Below are positions 29,677 to 39,770 of a stretch of 64,000 bases of DNA, one piece after another. The position numbers and the translations under genes were made by a program. This DNA is from Candidatus Latescibacterota bacterium (GTDB lineage Bacteria > Latescibacterota > UBA2968). Each line of letters begins with the position of its first letter. The stretch's first letter is position 1. Below the pieces are notes generated by a model. It was not told the DNA's origin. It ran no database searches and was given only the letters and a program-made list of their open reading frames with translations. The DNA lies in NCBI GenBank assembly GCA_965198115.1, contig OZ240241.1, forward strand, positions 2,656,001 through 2,720,000. The letters are read 5' to 3'.

Positions 29677-31107
29677 TCAGGTGATAGAATAGCTGCGCAA
29701 CCCTTCGTAGATCGTCTGGACGGCCACCTTGATCACAGCCGTCATCGGGACGGCCAGGAGCATCCCCATGGCACCGAACATCTGACTTCCGACGAGGACG
29801 ACGAAGATCACGACGAGTGGATGGAGGTCGACGGCACGGGCGACGACGACCGGTTGCACGAAGACGTTGTCGAGCAGCTGGATCACGAGGAACACACCGA
29901 TGACCGGAAGGATCGTACCCCATCCCAGCGTCGAATACTGCAGCAGCGCCGAAACGGTCCCGGCGATGATCCCGATCAACGGCCCCAGATACGGAATCAC
30001 GTTCGCCACACCCGCGATCGTCCCAACCACCATGTAATCGCGCAGTCCGATCAGCCAGAGGCCACAGATCGACAAGGCGCTGATGATCACGACCGACATC
30101 ACCATACCGCGAATGTATCCCCCCAGTTGCTGGTCGATTCGATAGATCAGGTTCAGAACCATTTCAAAATATTTATTGGGGATGAGCTCGATGAAAGCTC
30201 GTTTGATCGCCCGACCCTCTGCCAGGAAGAAGAAGAGGACGAGCGGGACGATTACCACAAAGGTGATCCCCGACAGCAGGCTCCCTAGCATCGCCGGCGT
30301 TTCTTTGAGCACGTCCGTCGCAGCCCCCTGGACCTTGTCGCTCACCATCGAAGCTAGATCGACCCTGCCGAACTTAGGAAAGACTTTTTGAAGCTCCGGC
30401 TGGAGATCCTGGATTTGCATCCTGAGCTGTGACATATACCCCGTCTCCGCCATCCCGAACGCGTGTGCGCTGTCGGTCACGGCTACGGCAGCCTGCCCTA
30501 AATCCTTCATCTGTTCGGGCACATAGCGCTGCGTGTCGCGCTGCTTCGACAGGTTTCCGCTGACGCGCAGGATCAGCGGCGACACACCGGGATCACTCGA
30601 CCGCAGGACGACCGTCCCGATCGCGGGCCCGGGTCGGTCCGGGGCGAACTCGATCGAGATCGTGTCCTGGGAGCCCGGCGCGAGTTTTAGCGGGACGACA
30701 TCTTGCTCGACGACGAAGGGTGGACTGGCTTCCACTTCGTCAAAGGTCACCTCGCTCCAACCCCGGTTGGCGATCACGCATTCCCAGACGGGCCGATCGC
30801 CCAGAATCTGTGTCTTCATGTCGCCCATGCCCGTGATCAGCACGGGCATGAACGTCGCCACGGCCAGAATGAAGATCCCGATTATGGATACGAGCACGGC
30901 CGTCACGCTCGCCATCCGGTGGATGCGGTGGGATTCCATGTAATCGACGACCGGCACGAGGATGTAAGAAAGAACGAAAGCCAGCCCAAAAGGCAGGAGC
31001 GTCCCGCGAATGGAGTAGATCACCCACGCCACACCCAGGAGCACGGCGCCGATCAGGACCGCCCTGAGAAATTGTGAGACACTGATGTCGGCTCTTTGCT
31101 CTTCCAT
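29677..31107 (-). CDS. AI-2E family transporter with an inserted Ig-like domain
   Basis: PF.LA.VL.Y.L.P.V, GGYIRG, N.IPYLGP, Q.LDN..VQP, LHP, G.LLAVP; about 115-aa beta-rich insert after TM2. Confidence 0.88.
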   Translation of the reverse strand: MEEQRADISVSQFLRAVLIGAVLLGVAWVIYSIRGTLLPFGLAFVLSYILVPVVDYMESHRIHRMASVTAVLVSIIGIFILAVATFMPVLITGMGDMKTQILGDRPVWECVIANRGWSEVTFDEVEASPPFVVEQDVVPLKLAPGSQDTISIEFAPDRPGPAIGTVVLRSSDPGVSPLILRVSGNLSKQRDTQRYVPEQMKDLGQAAVAVTDSAHAFGMAETGYMSQLRMQIQDLQPELQKVFPKFGRVDLASMVSDKVQGAATDVLKETPAMLGSLLSGITFVVIVPLVLFFFLAEGRAIKRAFIELIPNKYFEMVLNLIYRIDQQLGGYIRGMVMSVVIISALSICGLWLIGLRDYMVVGTIAGVANVIPYLGPLIGIIAGTVSALLQYSTLGWGTILPVIGVFLVIQLLDNVFVQPVVVARAVDLHPLVVIFVVLVGSQMFGAMGMLLAVPMTAVIKVAVQTIYEGLRSYSIT

Positions 31108-31608
31108 CTAAGGCTCCACGCCGGTCGTTTCCGCTTCCAGTCGAACTTCCTTGAGAGACCGGTTGGTGCGACGGAGTCTCTCGGCGACGATCTGAGAGAG
31201 CTGCATCACGATCTTGACCCCGATACGGGGACGGGTTTCGGCAAGCTCGAGAAGGTCGGATCGATTCAGGAGGAGCAGCTCGGCATCTTCGGCAGCCACC
31301 GCAGAGGCCGATCGGGGCGCGTCACCCAGGAGAGCCATTTCTCCGAAGAACGCGCCCGTCCTGACCTCTGTGAGCTTGAGATGCGTCTCGTCTTTCTCCT
31401 GCTGAAAGATGCTGACCGATCCGGATGCGACGATATAGAGACCGTCACCGGGATCGCCCTGCGAGAACACCATCTCGCCCGCCTTCTTCGACAGGGGTTT
31501 CAGGATCCGCTCGATCTCGGCCTGCTCTCTCCGTCCGAGCTCGGAAAACATCGTGGCTTCCGCCCAGATCTTGTCGCTACTGTGGCTTGAAGAGAAGAAC
31601 TCGAACAC
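31108..31608 (-). CDS. Stand-alone cyclic nucleotide-binding domain protein
   Basis: GE.VF.QGDPGDGLYIV.SG.V, FFGEMALL...PRSASA, C-helix; no HTH. Confidence 0.9.
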   Translation of the reverse strand: MFEFFSSSHSSDKIWAEATMFSELGRREQAEIERILKPLSKKAGEMVFSQGDPGDGLYIVASGSVSIFQQEKDETHLKLTEVRTGAFFGEMALLGDAPRSASAVAAEDAELLLLNRSDLLELAETRPRIGVKIVMQLSQIVAERLRRTNRSLKEVRLEAETTGVEP

Positions 31609-31617
31609 GCAGGACTC

Positions 31618-32415
31618 CTATTCCGAAGCTTTCCAGGGCGCATCGGCTGCCAGCGACAACCCACCGTCGAGCAGCTGATCCAATGCGACGAATGACTTGG
31701 GGGTCCGCTGGTTCTCGAGGTGTTCCATCTGAAAGAGTCTGAGCACCGTCCTCGCCTTCTGTCGATCGATCGCGTCGAAGGCCGACGGGTCGAACCGGTC
31801 GGGGGTCGCAACCTGGAGGGATTCGAGGAACCGACGGATGTCTCCGTCGATCCATTCGCCGGGCCCATCCACACGCCGGCCGACGGCTCCCCCTGCCTCG
31901 GGGCTGAACCAGACACGATCCTCACCAAGGGGCTCTCCGGTCAGAACACATCCGCTCAGGTGCGGGCGGTATCCCAGGCACCCCGCCGACTTGAGCTGAA
32001 AGTACCAGAGGGGCAGTTCCAGCCGCTCCGAATCGATGCAATCGATCCAGGCGAGCGAGTCCAGGGCGATCTGCAAAAGCAGCGGATTCCGATCTTCTTC
32101 GAGCGTCAGGTGGTCGAGCAGGTCACAGATCGTGCTCGCGAACGTGAGCCGGGCATAGTCCGACTTGATGGCCTCAAACGGCTCCACCGTGTCGCCCTCG
32201 GTCAGGGTTTGCAGGTCCCGCGCTTCCCGCCGGAAATAGAGGTAGTGCCCGAACGTAATCGGCTGAAGGCTCGCCCCGAACTTGCTCTTGGGCCGCCGTG
32301 CGCCCTTGGCGGCGAGCCGCAGCTTGCCCTGCTCGCGCGAAAACAGAATCACCGCGAGGCTGCTCTCAGTCATTCGGTAGGTGCGGAGCACGAGACCTTC
32401 CACACGAATGATCAC
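31618..32415 (-). CDS. recO: DNA repair protein RecO
   Basis: GLVLR...ESS..V..FSREQGK...AKGARRPKSKFGA.LQP; GYRP.L..C. Confidence 0.93.
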   Translation of the reverse strand: MIIRVEGLVLRTYRMTESSLAVILFSREQGKLRLAAKGARRPKSKFGASLQPITFGHYLYFRREARDLQTLTEGDTVEPFEAIKSDYARLTFASTICDLLDHLTLEEDRNPLLLQIALDSLAWIDCIDSERLELPLWYFQLKSAGCLGYRPHLSGCVLTGEPLGEDRVWFSPEAGGAVGRRVDGPGEWIDGDIRRFLESLQVATPDRFDPSAFDAIDRQKARTVLRLFQMEHLENQRTPKSFVALDQLLDGGLSLAADAPWKASE

Positions 32416-32780
32416 GGCTTGCCATCCTCGGACGCACGGGCGGATCTCGCCGCCACGGCCGATGGGGGACGTCGCGGATACACCATGTAGACAGATTCGT
32501 TTTCCTTCACCATGCCGTATCGTTCGCGGGCGATACGCTCGATCGTCTTCAAGTCGGTCTTGAGCAAAACCGTTCTTTGCGTCAGCGCCTCGTTTTCAAC
32601 ACCGATCTTCGCGACCTCCGTCTCCAGTTGCGCAATTCGGTCGGCCTGGCGCCAGACGCGGGAAAGCCCGTTCTCCCCGGCAAGGAGCAGGTAGGCCGTC
32701 AGGGCGACGGGCGTGAACACGACGAGACGAACAAGACGGCCCGACGAAACCTGGAGCCCGCGATGTCCGCGGCCGTTCAT
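32412..32780 (-). CDS. ftsB: Septum formation initiator FtsB/DivIC family
   Basis: Single TM, GENG, coiled coil, IERIARERYGMVKENE; ATGA overlaps on both sides. Confidence 0.85.
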   Translation of the reverse strand: MNGRGHRGLQVSSGRLVRLVVFTPVALTAYLLLAGENGLSRVWRQADRIAQLETEVAKIGVENEALTQRTVLLKTDLKTIERIARERYGMVKENESVYMVYPRRPPSAVAARSARASEDGKP

Positions 32781-33931
32781 GGCTCGAGAACCACCAGATC
32801 GTCGCGGTGGATGACGGCTTCCCCCTCGACACCGGTCAGAATATTCGCGACCTCGTGGGTTTGCTTGCCGACGATTTGCCTGAGGGCATCGGCCCCGTAC
32901 CGGACCAGGCCACGGGCCACCTCTCTCCCATCCGGTGCTTCGACGCCGATCAGATCCCCGGCGTCGAACGAACCCGTCACGCATTGGACGCCCGGGGGCA
33001 GCAAGCTCTTGCCCGCGGAAGTCAGCGCCTTTACCGCCCCTTCGTCGACCACCACGGACCCTTTCCGGCGCGTGTTGGCGATCCATCGCTTGCGTCCCTG
33101 CATCCTGTCCTGCGTCGGGAGGAACAGCGTCCCCACGTCGCCACCTTCGAGAATCTTGATCAGAGAGGCGGACCGTCCGTCTGCGATCACCGTCGGAACC
33201 CCCGCACGACCCACGCTTCTGGCGGCTTCCAGCTTCGTCCGCATTCCACCGAGGCTGACCGCCGAACCTGCCGCCCCGGCCTGTTCGATCATGTCCGTCG
33301 TCACTTCGGAAACCACTGGAATGTGCCGGGCCCCATCCGTCCGGGTGGGATCGTCCGAGAAGAGTCCATCCACGGTCGTGTAGGTCACGAGCAGATCGGC
33401 CTCGACGAGATGGCTGACCAGAGCCGCCAGCCGGTCGTTGTCGCCCACCTTGTTCTCTTCCACGGCGACGCTGTCGTTCTCATTCACGATCGGCACCGCG
33501 CAGAACCGGAACAGCGCGTCCAGCGTGTTCATCGCGTTGACGTAACGCCAGCGGTCCTCCAGCCCATCGTCCGTCAGAAGGACCTGGCCCGTGGGAATGT
33601 CGAAACGCCGGAAGGCCAGCTTCCACGCGTTCATCAGCAACCCCTGTCCGATGGCGGCGGTCGCCTGCAGCTCGGGTATGCGTCTGGGACGTTCGCGGAG
33701 ACCCAGTCGCCCCATCCCCGCACCCACGGCTCCCGAGGAAACCACGGCAACCTGAACGTCCGCGTCCCGAAGGGCCGCGATTTCCTTTGCCACCCGCTCG
33801 ATCACATCCAGGTTCAGCTCGTTTCCGTGAACCGTCAGCACGCGCGTCCCGATTTTGAGGACGATACGCCGCGCGCCGGCAAGGAGGGCGCGTCGATCGA
33901 CGGCGGACAGATCCTGGGTTCCAGCGGTCAT
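32777..33931 (-). CDS. proB: Glutamate 5-kinase
   Basis: IVLKIGT, VSSGAV, PIVNENDSV, GDNDRLAA, GGMRTKL, C-terminal PUA domain. Confidence 0.96.
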   Translation of the reverse strand: MTAGTQDLSAVDRRALLAGARRIVLKIGTRVLTVHGNELNLDVIERVAKEIAALRDADVQVAVVSSGAVGAGMGRLGLRERPRRIPELQATAAIGQGLLMNAWKLAFRRFDIPTGQVLLTDDGLEDRWRYVNAMNTLDALFRFCAVPIVNENDSVAVEENKVGDNDRLAALVSHLVEADLLVTYTTVDGLFSDDPTRTDGARHIPVVSEVTTDMIEQAGAAGSAVSLGGMRTKLEAARSVGRAGVPTVIADGRSASLIKILEGGDVGTLFLPTQDRMQGRKRWIANTRRKGSVVVDEGAVKALTSAGKSLLPPGVQCVTGSFDAGDLIGVEAPDGREVARGLVRYGADALRQIVGKQTHEVANILTGVEGEAVIHRDDLVVLEP

Positions 33932-34725
33932 AGTCCGAGGTCCAGCTGGGGCCGAACGACGACGCCTCGCTCGGCCAGGTAGTCTTTCACGTCGGGTATG
34001 CTGTATTGTTCGTAGTGGAAGATCGATGCAGCCAGGGCCGCACTCGCGCGCCCCAATTCGAGCACGTCGAACATGTGCTCGGGGCCCCCGCATCCCCCGG
34101 ATGCGACGATGGGCACGTTGACGCGGTCGGCCACCGTGCGGGTAAACTCCACATCGTAGCCGTCCTTGGTTCCGTCGGCATCGATGCTGTTCAGGACCAA
34201 CTCACCGGCACCGCGGTCTACCAGTTCCACCGCCCAGGCCACCGCGTCTCTTCCCGTCGGCGTGCGCCCACCGTCCACCACCACCTCCCACCAGTCACGG
34301 TCGCTCTCAGAACCATCGTCCGTCCGCCGGATCGCGTCCATCGACCCCACGATGGCCTGGGACCCGAAACTCTTGGCGGCTTCGTTGATGATGTCAGGGT
34401 TCCGAACGGCCGCCGAATTGATCGAGGCCTTCTCCGCCCCCTCTTCGATGATGCTGCGAACGTCCTCAAACGTTCGGACCCCGCCACCGACCGTGAACGG
34501 GATGAACACCTCCTCCGAAACCCGACGCACGAGGGCTGCCACGATATCCCGCTTCTCCGCGGAGGCCGTAATGTCGTAGAAGACGAGCTCATCGGCCCCT
34601 TCCTCGTCGTAGCGACGCGCCAGTTCAATCGGGTCGCCGGCGTCTCGATCGGCCGAAAACTTCACGCCTCGCACGTTTCGGCCGTTCTTCACGTCCAGAC
34701 AGGGTATGATTCGCTTCGCCAGCAC
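33928..34725 (-). CDS. hisF: Imidazole glycerol phosphate synthase cyclase subunit
   Basis: LAKRIIPCLDV, GADELVFYDITAS, PFTVGGG, SIDADGTKDGYD, ALAASIFH. Confidence 0.97.
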   Translation of the reverse strand: MLAKRIIPCLDVKNGRNVRGVKFSADRDAGDPIELARRYDEEGADELVFYDITASAEKRDIVAALVRRVSEEVFIPFTVGGGVRTFEDVRSIIEEGAEKASINSAAVRNPDIINEAAKSFGSQAIVGSMDAIRRTDDGSESDRDWWEVVVDGGRTPTGRDAVAWAVELVDRGAGELVLNSIDADGTKDGYDVEFTRTVADRVNVPIVASGGCGGPEHMFDVLELGRASAALAASIFHYEQYSIPDVKDYLAERGVVVRPQLDLGL

Positions 34726-34730
34726 GGGTC

Positions 34731-35336
34731 TCAGCCTACGATCTCGCCGAAGTTCTGCAGGAGTTTCAGACCGGCGTCCTGGCTCTTTTCGGGGTGAAAC
34801 TGCACGCCGAAAACCCGTTCGTTGCCAGCAATCGACACGTAGTCGATCCCGTACTCCGTCGTGGCAACCGTATCCTCTGCGCGAGATGGCTCCACGTAGT
34901 AGGAATGTACGAAATAGAAAAAAGCCCCGTCGGGGACGCCCGACAGCAGGGCCGTCTCCCGTTGAATCTGGATCTGATTCCATCCGATCTGTGGCACGCG
35001 CTGTCCGTCAGGAAACCGTCGAACCCGACCGGGTAAAAGGCCGAGCCCGCGATGCGCACCCAGCTCCTCGCTCCCGGAAAACAGAAGCTGTAGACCCAGA
35101 CAGATGCCGAGAAACGGAACGCCATCGGAAACGGCCTTCACGATCGGGTCGATCAACCCCGCCTCGCGCAGGTTGTCCATCGCATCACCGAACGCCCCGA
35201 CACCCGGCAACACGATCCCATCGGCCGACGACACCTGCCGGGGACTCGACGTGATGCTCGCCTCGTATCCGACGCGGCCGAACCCCTTCTGGACGCTCCG
35301 CAGATTGCCCATCCCGTAGTCGACGATGGCGATCAC
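34731..35336 (-). CDS. hisH: Imidazole glycerol phosphate synthase glutaminase subunit
   Basis: DYGMGNLRSV, LPGVGAF, GICLG.Q, YFVHSY, QFHPEKS. Confidence 0.97.
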   Translation of the reverse strand: MIAIVDYGMGNLRSVQKGFGRVGYEASITSSPRQVSSADGIVLPGVGAFGDAMDNLREAGLIDPIVKAVSDGVPFLGICLGLQLLFSGSEELGAHRGLGLLPGRVRRFPDGQRVPQIGWNQIQIQRETALLSGVPDGAFFYFVHSYYVEPSRAEDTVATTEYGIDYVSIAGNERVFGVQFHPEKSQDAGLKLLQNFGEIVG

Positions 35337-36178
35337 GACCCGCTCAACTCCTGCGAGCGCTCCGCGGCGGCCTCGACCGCCGCCATCAGAGCCGCGCGAA
35401 ATCCCCCGTCTTCCAGAGCTCGGATTCCGGCGATGGTCGTCCCACCCGGCGACGTCACGCGCTCCTTCAACACGGCGGGCGATTCGTTCGACTCGAGCAC
35501 CATCTTCGCCGACCCGAGCACCGTTTGCGTGGCCAGCTGCTGGGCGACGGGCCTCGGTAGCCCCGCCCGAACGCCGCCGTCGGCCAGAGCGTCGATCATC
35601 ACGAAGACGAACGCGGGGCCGCTGCCCGATAGGCCTGTCACCGCATCCATCTGGGATTCGTCGACCCGCACCGTCACCCCCACCGAACCCAGCAGCGCCT
35701 CCGCCCTAGCCAGATGTTCCTCTCCCGCGCCACGCCCGCCACACAGGGCAGATGCGGCCGCCCCCACCTGGGCCATCAGGTTCGGCATCGACCGAACGAC
35801 CGCCACACCATCGGGTAGAGCGGCTGCCAATGCGTCCGTTCCGATTCCGGCCATGATCGACACGACCGTCGCCGTCGGTTTCACCTGATGGGCAAACACC
35901 TCGACGACGGCCTGCCAGATCTGCGGTTTCAGCGCCAGCAGAATCACATCGGCCTCTCCGGCCACTGCCGCGGCGTCGGTCGAGGTGCCCACATTCAGCC
36001 GATCCCGGTGCCGGGTCAGAAGCTCCTCCTCCAGATCGACCGCCGTGACGGTCTCGGGGGCCACCGCCCCCGACTCCACCGCACCGACGAGAATGGCGCC
36101 GCCCATGTTCCCAGCGCCGATCACGACGATCGACTTGTCACGAAGGGGGGATGGGAGCGGGGCTTCTCTACTTTTCAC
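35333..36178 (-). CDS. proC: Pyrroline-5-carboxylate reductase
   Basis: IGAGNMG, LKPQ, RSMPN, TGLSGSGPA, VTSPGGTT; start uncertain. Confidence 0.95.
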   Translation of the reverse strand: MKSREAPLPSPLRDKSIVVIGAGNMGGAILVGAVESGAVAPETVTAVDLEEELLTRHRDRLNVGTSTDAAAVAGEADVILLALKPQIWQAVVEVFAHQVKPTATVVSIMAGIGTDALAAALPDGVAVVRSMPNLMAQVGAAASALCGGRGAGEEHLARAEALLGSVGVTVRVDESQMDAVTGLSGSGPAFVFVMIDALADGGVRAGLPRPVAQQLATQTVLGSAKMVLESNESPAVLKERVTSPGGTTIAGIRALEDGGFRAALMAAVEAAAERSQELSGS

Positions 36179-36191
36179 TTTTCACTTCTCA
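36171..36191. repeat. Short heptamer tandem repeat (3 copies)
   Basis: cttttca cttttca cttctca at the ilvE-proC junction. Confidence 0.5.
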
Positions 36192-36204
36192 CTCGTTTCG
36201 TTCT

Positions 36205-37131
36205 CTACTCGACAAAGGTCAGCCACCCGTGACAGTCCTTGGCTTTTCCATCGGTAATGCCGAAAAATGTATCCTGCAGCCGCTTCGTCATAGGACCCCG
36301 TTCCCCATTGCCAACGGGGATGCGATCGATCTCGGCGATCGGTGTGATCTCCGCGGCGCTGCCAGTGAAGAAGACCTCATCGGCGATGTAGAGCGACTCG
36401 CGTGGAATCGCGCGCTGGGTCACCGTAAAGCCCAGCTCTCGAGCCAGGGTGATCACCGAGTGCCGCGTGATTCCCGGCAAGATTGAAGACCCGCTCGAAG
36501 GTGTGTAAATGGCCCCGTTCTTGATCATGAAAATGTTCTCGCCGCTCGCCTCGCTCACATACCCCGCGCTGTCAAGGGCGATCCCCTCCGAATACCCGTC
36601 GGCCATCGCCTCGAGCTTGATAAGCTGCGAGTTCATGTAGTTCGCGCCCACCTTGGCCAGCGACGGCATGGTGTTCGGTGCCAATCGGCTCCAAGAGGCG
36701 GTGCGCACCGACGCGCCCTTCTCCAGGGCGTCCGCGCCGAGGTAGGCACCCCACTTCCAAACCGCGATCACCACGTCGACCGGACAGGGAGTCGGATCGA
36801 CGCCGAGACTGCCGTAGCCTCTGAAGGCGATCGGACGCACGTAGCACGAGGCCAGCTCGTTCACGCGTATCGTCTCCAGAATCGCGGCTTCGATCGTCTC
36901 CTTGTCGTAGGGAATCGGCATCCGATAAATCTTGGCCGAATCGTAAATCCGGTTCACGTGATCGCCCAGACGAAAGCAAGCAGGTCCCTTCACCGTCTCA
37001 TAGCACCGCATGCCTTCGAACACGCTCGAGCCGTAGTGGACGACGTGGGAAAGGACGTGGATCTTGGCGTCGTCCCAATCCACGTGCTCGCCGTTGAACC
37101 AGATCTTTTTTGCCTTCTCCATCGGGGGCAC
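36205..37131 (-). CDS. ilvE: Branched-chain amino acid aminotransferase
   Basis: [48 protein letters not shown]. Confidence 0.96.
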   Translation of the reverse strand: MPPMEKAKKIWFNGEHVDWDDAKIHVLSHVVHYGSSVFEGMRCYETVKGPACFRLGDHVNRIYDSAKIYRMPIPYDKETIEAAILETIRVNELASCYVRPIAFRGYGSLGVDPTPCPVDVVIAVWKWGAYLGADALEKGASVRTASWSRLAPNTMPSLAKVGANYMNSQLIKLEAMADGYSEGIALDSAGYVSEASGENIFMIKNGAIYTPSSGSSILPGITRHSVITLARELGFTVTQRAIPRESLYIADEVFFTGSAAEITPIAEIDRIPVGNGERGPMTKRLQDTFFGITDGKAKDCHGWLTFVE

Positions 37132-37252
37132 TGGGTTTCTCCTTCAACTCGGACGACGGGCATCCGCCGTCCTTCGCCATACCGCTTGTGGAGTTATTTT
37201 TCCTGACGAGTTCTGACCGCTGACGACTATGATCAGATGGTTTGCCGTCCGA

Positions 37253-38986
37253 TCAGCGCAGATCGCTGATGCGCAACTGGATGTCCCTTCGGCCGCGCCA
37301 CTCGTTTTCCTCGATCACATAGACCATGTCCAGGTTTGCCTCGCCCGGGGTCAACCGATACGTCAGATGCCCCAGATTGTAGCCGATGCAGTCGAGCACA
37401 CTCCCATTCTGGCGGGCCTTGAAGCGAAGATGATTCCTCCCCACGACGGATGGGGCGCCCACGACCTCGACCGCCCTGGACACCATGAGGGGCCTCGGGT
37501 TCTGCGGGCCGAACGGCGCGAACCGGCGCAGCATCTCCACCATTCGGCGGTCGATCTTGTCCAGCGTGATCTCATCGTCTATTTCGAGCCGCGGCGTCAG
37601 GTCTTCAGGCAGCATCATCTCCTCCGCCACGGCGACCAGGGCCTCACGAAACGCGGAGACCTGATCTCGATCGATCGTCAAACCCGCAGCGTACTTGTGT
37701 CCGCCGAAGGCGACGAGATGTTCCTGACAGCGCGACACCGCTTCGTAGAGGTCGAAGCCCGGAATGCTCCGAGCCGACCCCTTTCCACGTTCACCGTCGA
37801 GGGAAATCAACACAGTCGGAAGGTGCACGCGTTCGGCGATCCGCGAGGCCACGATTCCAATCACCCCGGGATGCCACGAGGCCGAAGCAAGAACCAGGGC
37901 CCGAGCGGACGCCAGGTCGGGTTCCTTTTCTACGAGCTCGACGGCCTCGCGATACATGCGGTCGTCCACTTGCCGCCGCACGCGGTTCTGAGTCTCCAGC
38001 ACCTCGGCAATGTCGGCCGCCTGTTCGGCATCGTCCGTCGTCAGCATCGTCACCGCATCGAGCGCCGACCCCATCCGTCCGAGCGCATTGATCCGGGGCG
38101 CCAGTACGAAGATCAGAGGACTCGTACCAAGCCGCCGACCCGTCAGCTTGACGCCCCGCAGCAGGGCCTTGAGCCCCTCGTTTTCGGTTCGCTCCATGCG
38201 GCGCAGCCCGTTCGACACGAGGATCCGGTTCTCGCCGACCAGAGGCACGATGTCGGCGGCGCATCCGAGTGCGACGAGGTCCATGTTCTGGTAGACCGGC
38301 TCGGGATCGAGCTGGCGATCGCGATAGACGGCGTCGGCAAGCTTGAAGGCCAGAGCCACACCCGACAGTTCTTTGAATGGATAGTCGCAGTCGGGCCGCT
38401 TCGGGTTCACCACCGCCACAGCATCGGGCAACGCCCCCGGTTGATGGTGATCGGTGATGATCACGTCGACACCGCGTCCTCGCGCGTAGAGGGTTTCGGC
38501 CGTCGCCGTGATTCCGCAGTCCACCGAAATCAGCAGGGTCGTGCCCTGGGCCACACACGTGTCGATCGCCTCGTGCGAGATCCCGTAGCCCTCTTCGAGA
38601 CGGTTGGGGATGTAGAATCTCACGGTCGCTCCAAGCGCCCCGAGTGTGCGCACGAGCAACGAGGTCCCGGTGACCCCATCGACATCGTAGTCGCCGTGAA
38701 TCATGATCTGTTCGTTCGAGTCGATGGCCTGCCAGATCCGGGCGGAGGCCGCCGTCATGTCCCTCATCTCGAACGGGTCGATCAGATCTTCGAGCTTCGG
38801 CTCCAAAAAAGCCCTGGCGACATCGGGATCCTCGACACCCCGGTTGACGAGGATTTTGGCCATCATCGGGGGCGCCGACAGTGCGGAACGCAAGTCGCCA
38901 ACGACCGTAGCGTTGGGCTTATCGGCGATGACCCAGCGCGGTTCAATCCGGCGATCTAGCACGGATTCAACGGTCGACACGGTCAC
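37253..38986 (-). CDS. recJ: ssDNA exonuclease RecJ (in frame with upstream rsmA; possible own GTG start at 38986)
   Basis: GDYDVDG, PNRLEEGYG, VDCG, TDHH, APRINA.GR, GSARS, FGGH..AAG, PFG..NP.P. Confidence 0.95.
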   Translation of the reverse strand: MTVSTVESVLDRRIEPRWVIADKPNATVVGDLRSALSAPPMMAKILVNRGVEDPDVARAFLEPKLEDLIDPFEMRDMTAASARIWQAIDSNEQIMIHGDYDVDGVTGTSLLVRTLGALGATVRFYIPNRLEEGYGISHEAIDTCVAQGTTLLISVDCGITATAETLYARGRGVDVIITDHHQPGALPDAVAVVNPKRPDCDYPFKELSGVALAFKLADAVYRDRQLDPEPVYQNMDLVALGCAADIVPLVGENRILVSNGLRRMERTENEGLKALLRGVKLTGRRLGTSPLIFVLAPRINALGRMGSALDAVTMLTTDDAEQAADIAEVLETQNRVRRQVDDRMYREAVELVEKEPDLASARALVLASASWHPGVIGIVASRIAERVHLPTVLISLDGERGKGSARSIPGFDLYEAVSRCQEHLVAFGGHKYAAGLTIDRDQVSAFREALVAVAEEMMLPEDLTPRLEIDDEITLDKIDRRMVEMLRRFAPFGPQNPRPLMVSRAVEVVGAPSVVGRNHLRFKARQNGSVLDCIGYNLGHLTYRLTPGEANLDMVYVIEENEWRGRRDIQLRISDLR

Positions 38987-39769
38987 CTCGCATTTGTCGA
39001 GCGCTCGACAGAGACGCTCGAAATCTTCGATCGACAGTGTTTCGGGTCGCGACGCCCCGTCGATGCGCGCGGCGGCGAACACCGCCTCGACGTCAGAGCT
39101 CACGGCCGTCAGACTATTCCTGATCATTTTTCGTCTTCGCTGAAAGCACGTCCTGGCGACCATAAAGAGCAGATCCTCGTCTTCCACCTTTGGGCGACGA
39201 TAGCCCTCAAAAGTCAACCGAACGACCGAGGAATGAACCTTCGGCGGCGGCGAAAAGGCCTCGGGCTCCACGTCGAAAAGGTGGCGCGCCTCGGCCCTCA
39301 ACCCGGCCGATATCGTCAACAGACCATAGTCCTTCCCACCTGGCTCGGCAACCAGACGTTCGGCAACCTCCCGCTGCATCATCAGGACCGCGTGCCGCCA
39401 GCATTCGGCCTGGCTCAACACGTGGTCGATCAGCCTCCCCGTGATCCGGTAGGGCATGTTCGCCACCAGGATCGCCTGGCGCGCCTCGAAGTCCTTCAGC
39501 ACGTGGGCGAATGAAACGGTCAGCACATCGGCCTCGACGACCCGAAGCGCGTCGCCATACCGGTCGGTCAACCCCTGCGCCAGACCGGGGTCCATTTCGA
39601 TCGCCACGACGCGGGATGTCGCAGAGACCAGATGCTCGGTCAACGCCCCTCGCCCCGGACCAACTTCGATCACCAGGTCCCCGGGCCCGATGCGGGCGGA
39701 CTCGACGATCCGCCGGGCCACGTCGGGTCGCGTGAGAAAGTGCTGGCCCAGTCTCCTGTGGCGGGACAC
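38987..39769 (-). CDS. rsmA: 16S rRNA m6,2A dimethyltransferase RsmA/KsgA (no in-frame stop before recJ)
   Basis: LGQHFL, EVGPG.GALT, ANMPY.IT, QREVAERL.A.PG.K.YG, F.PPPKV.S, RRK.IRNSL, RPETLS. Confidence 0.93.
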
Positions 39770-39770
39770 G

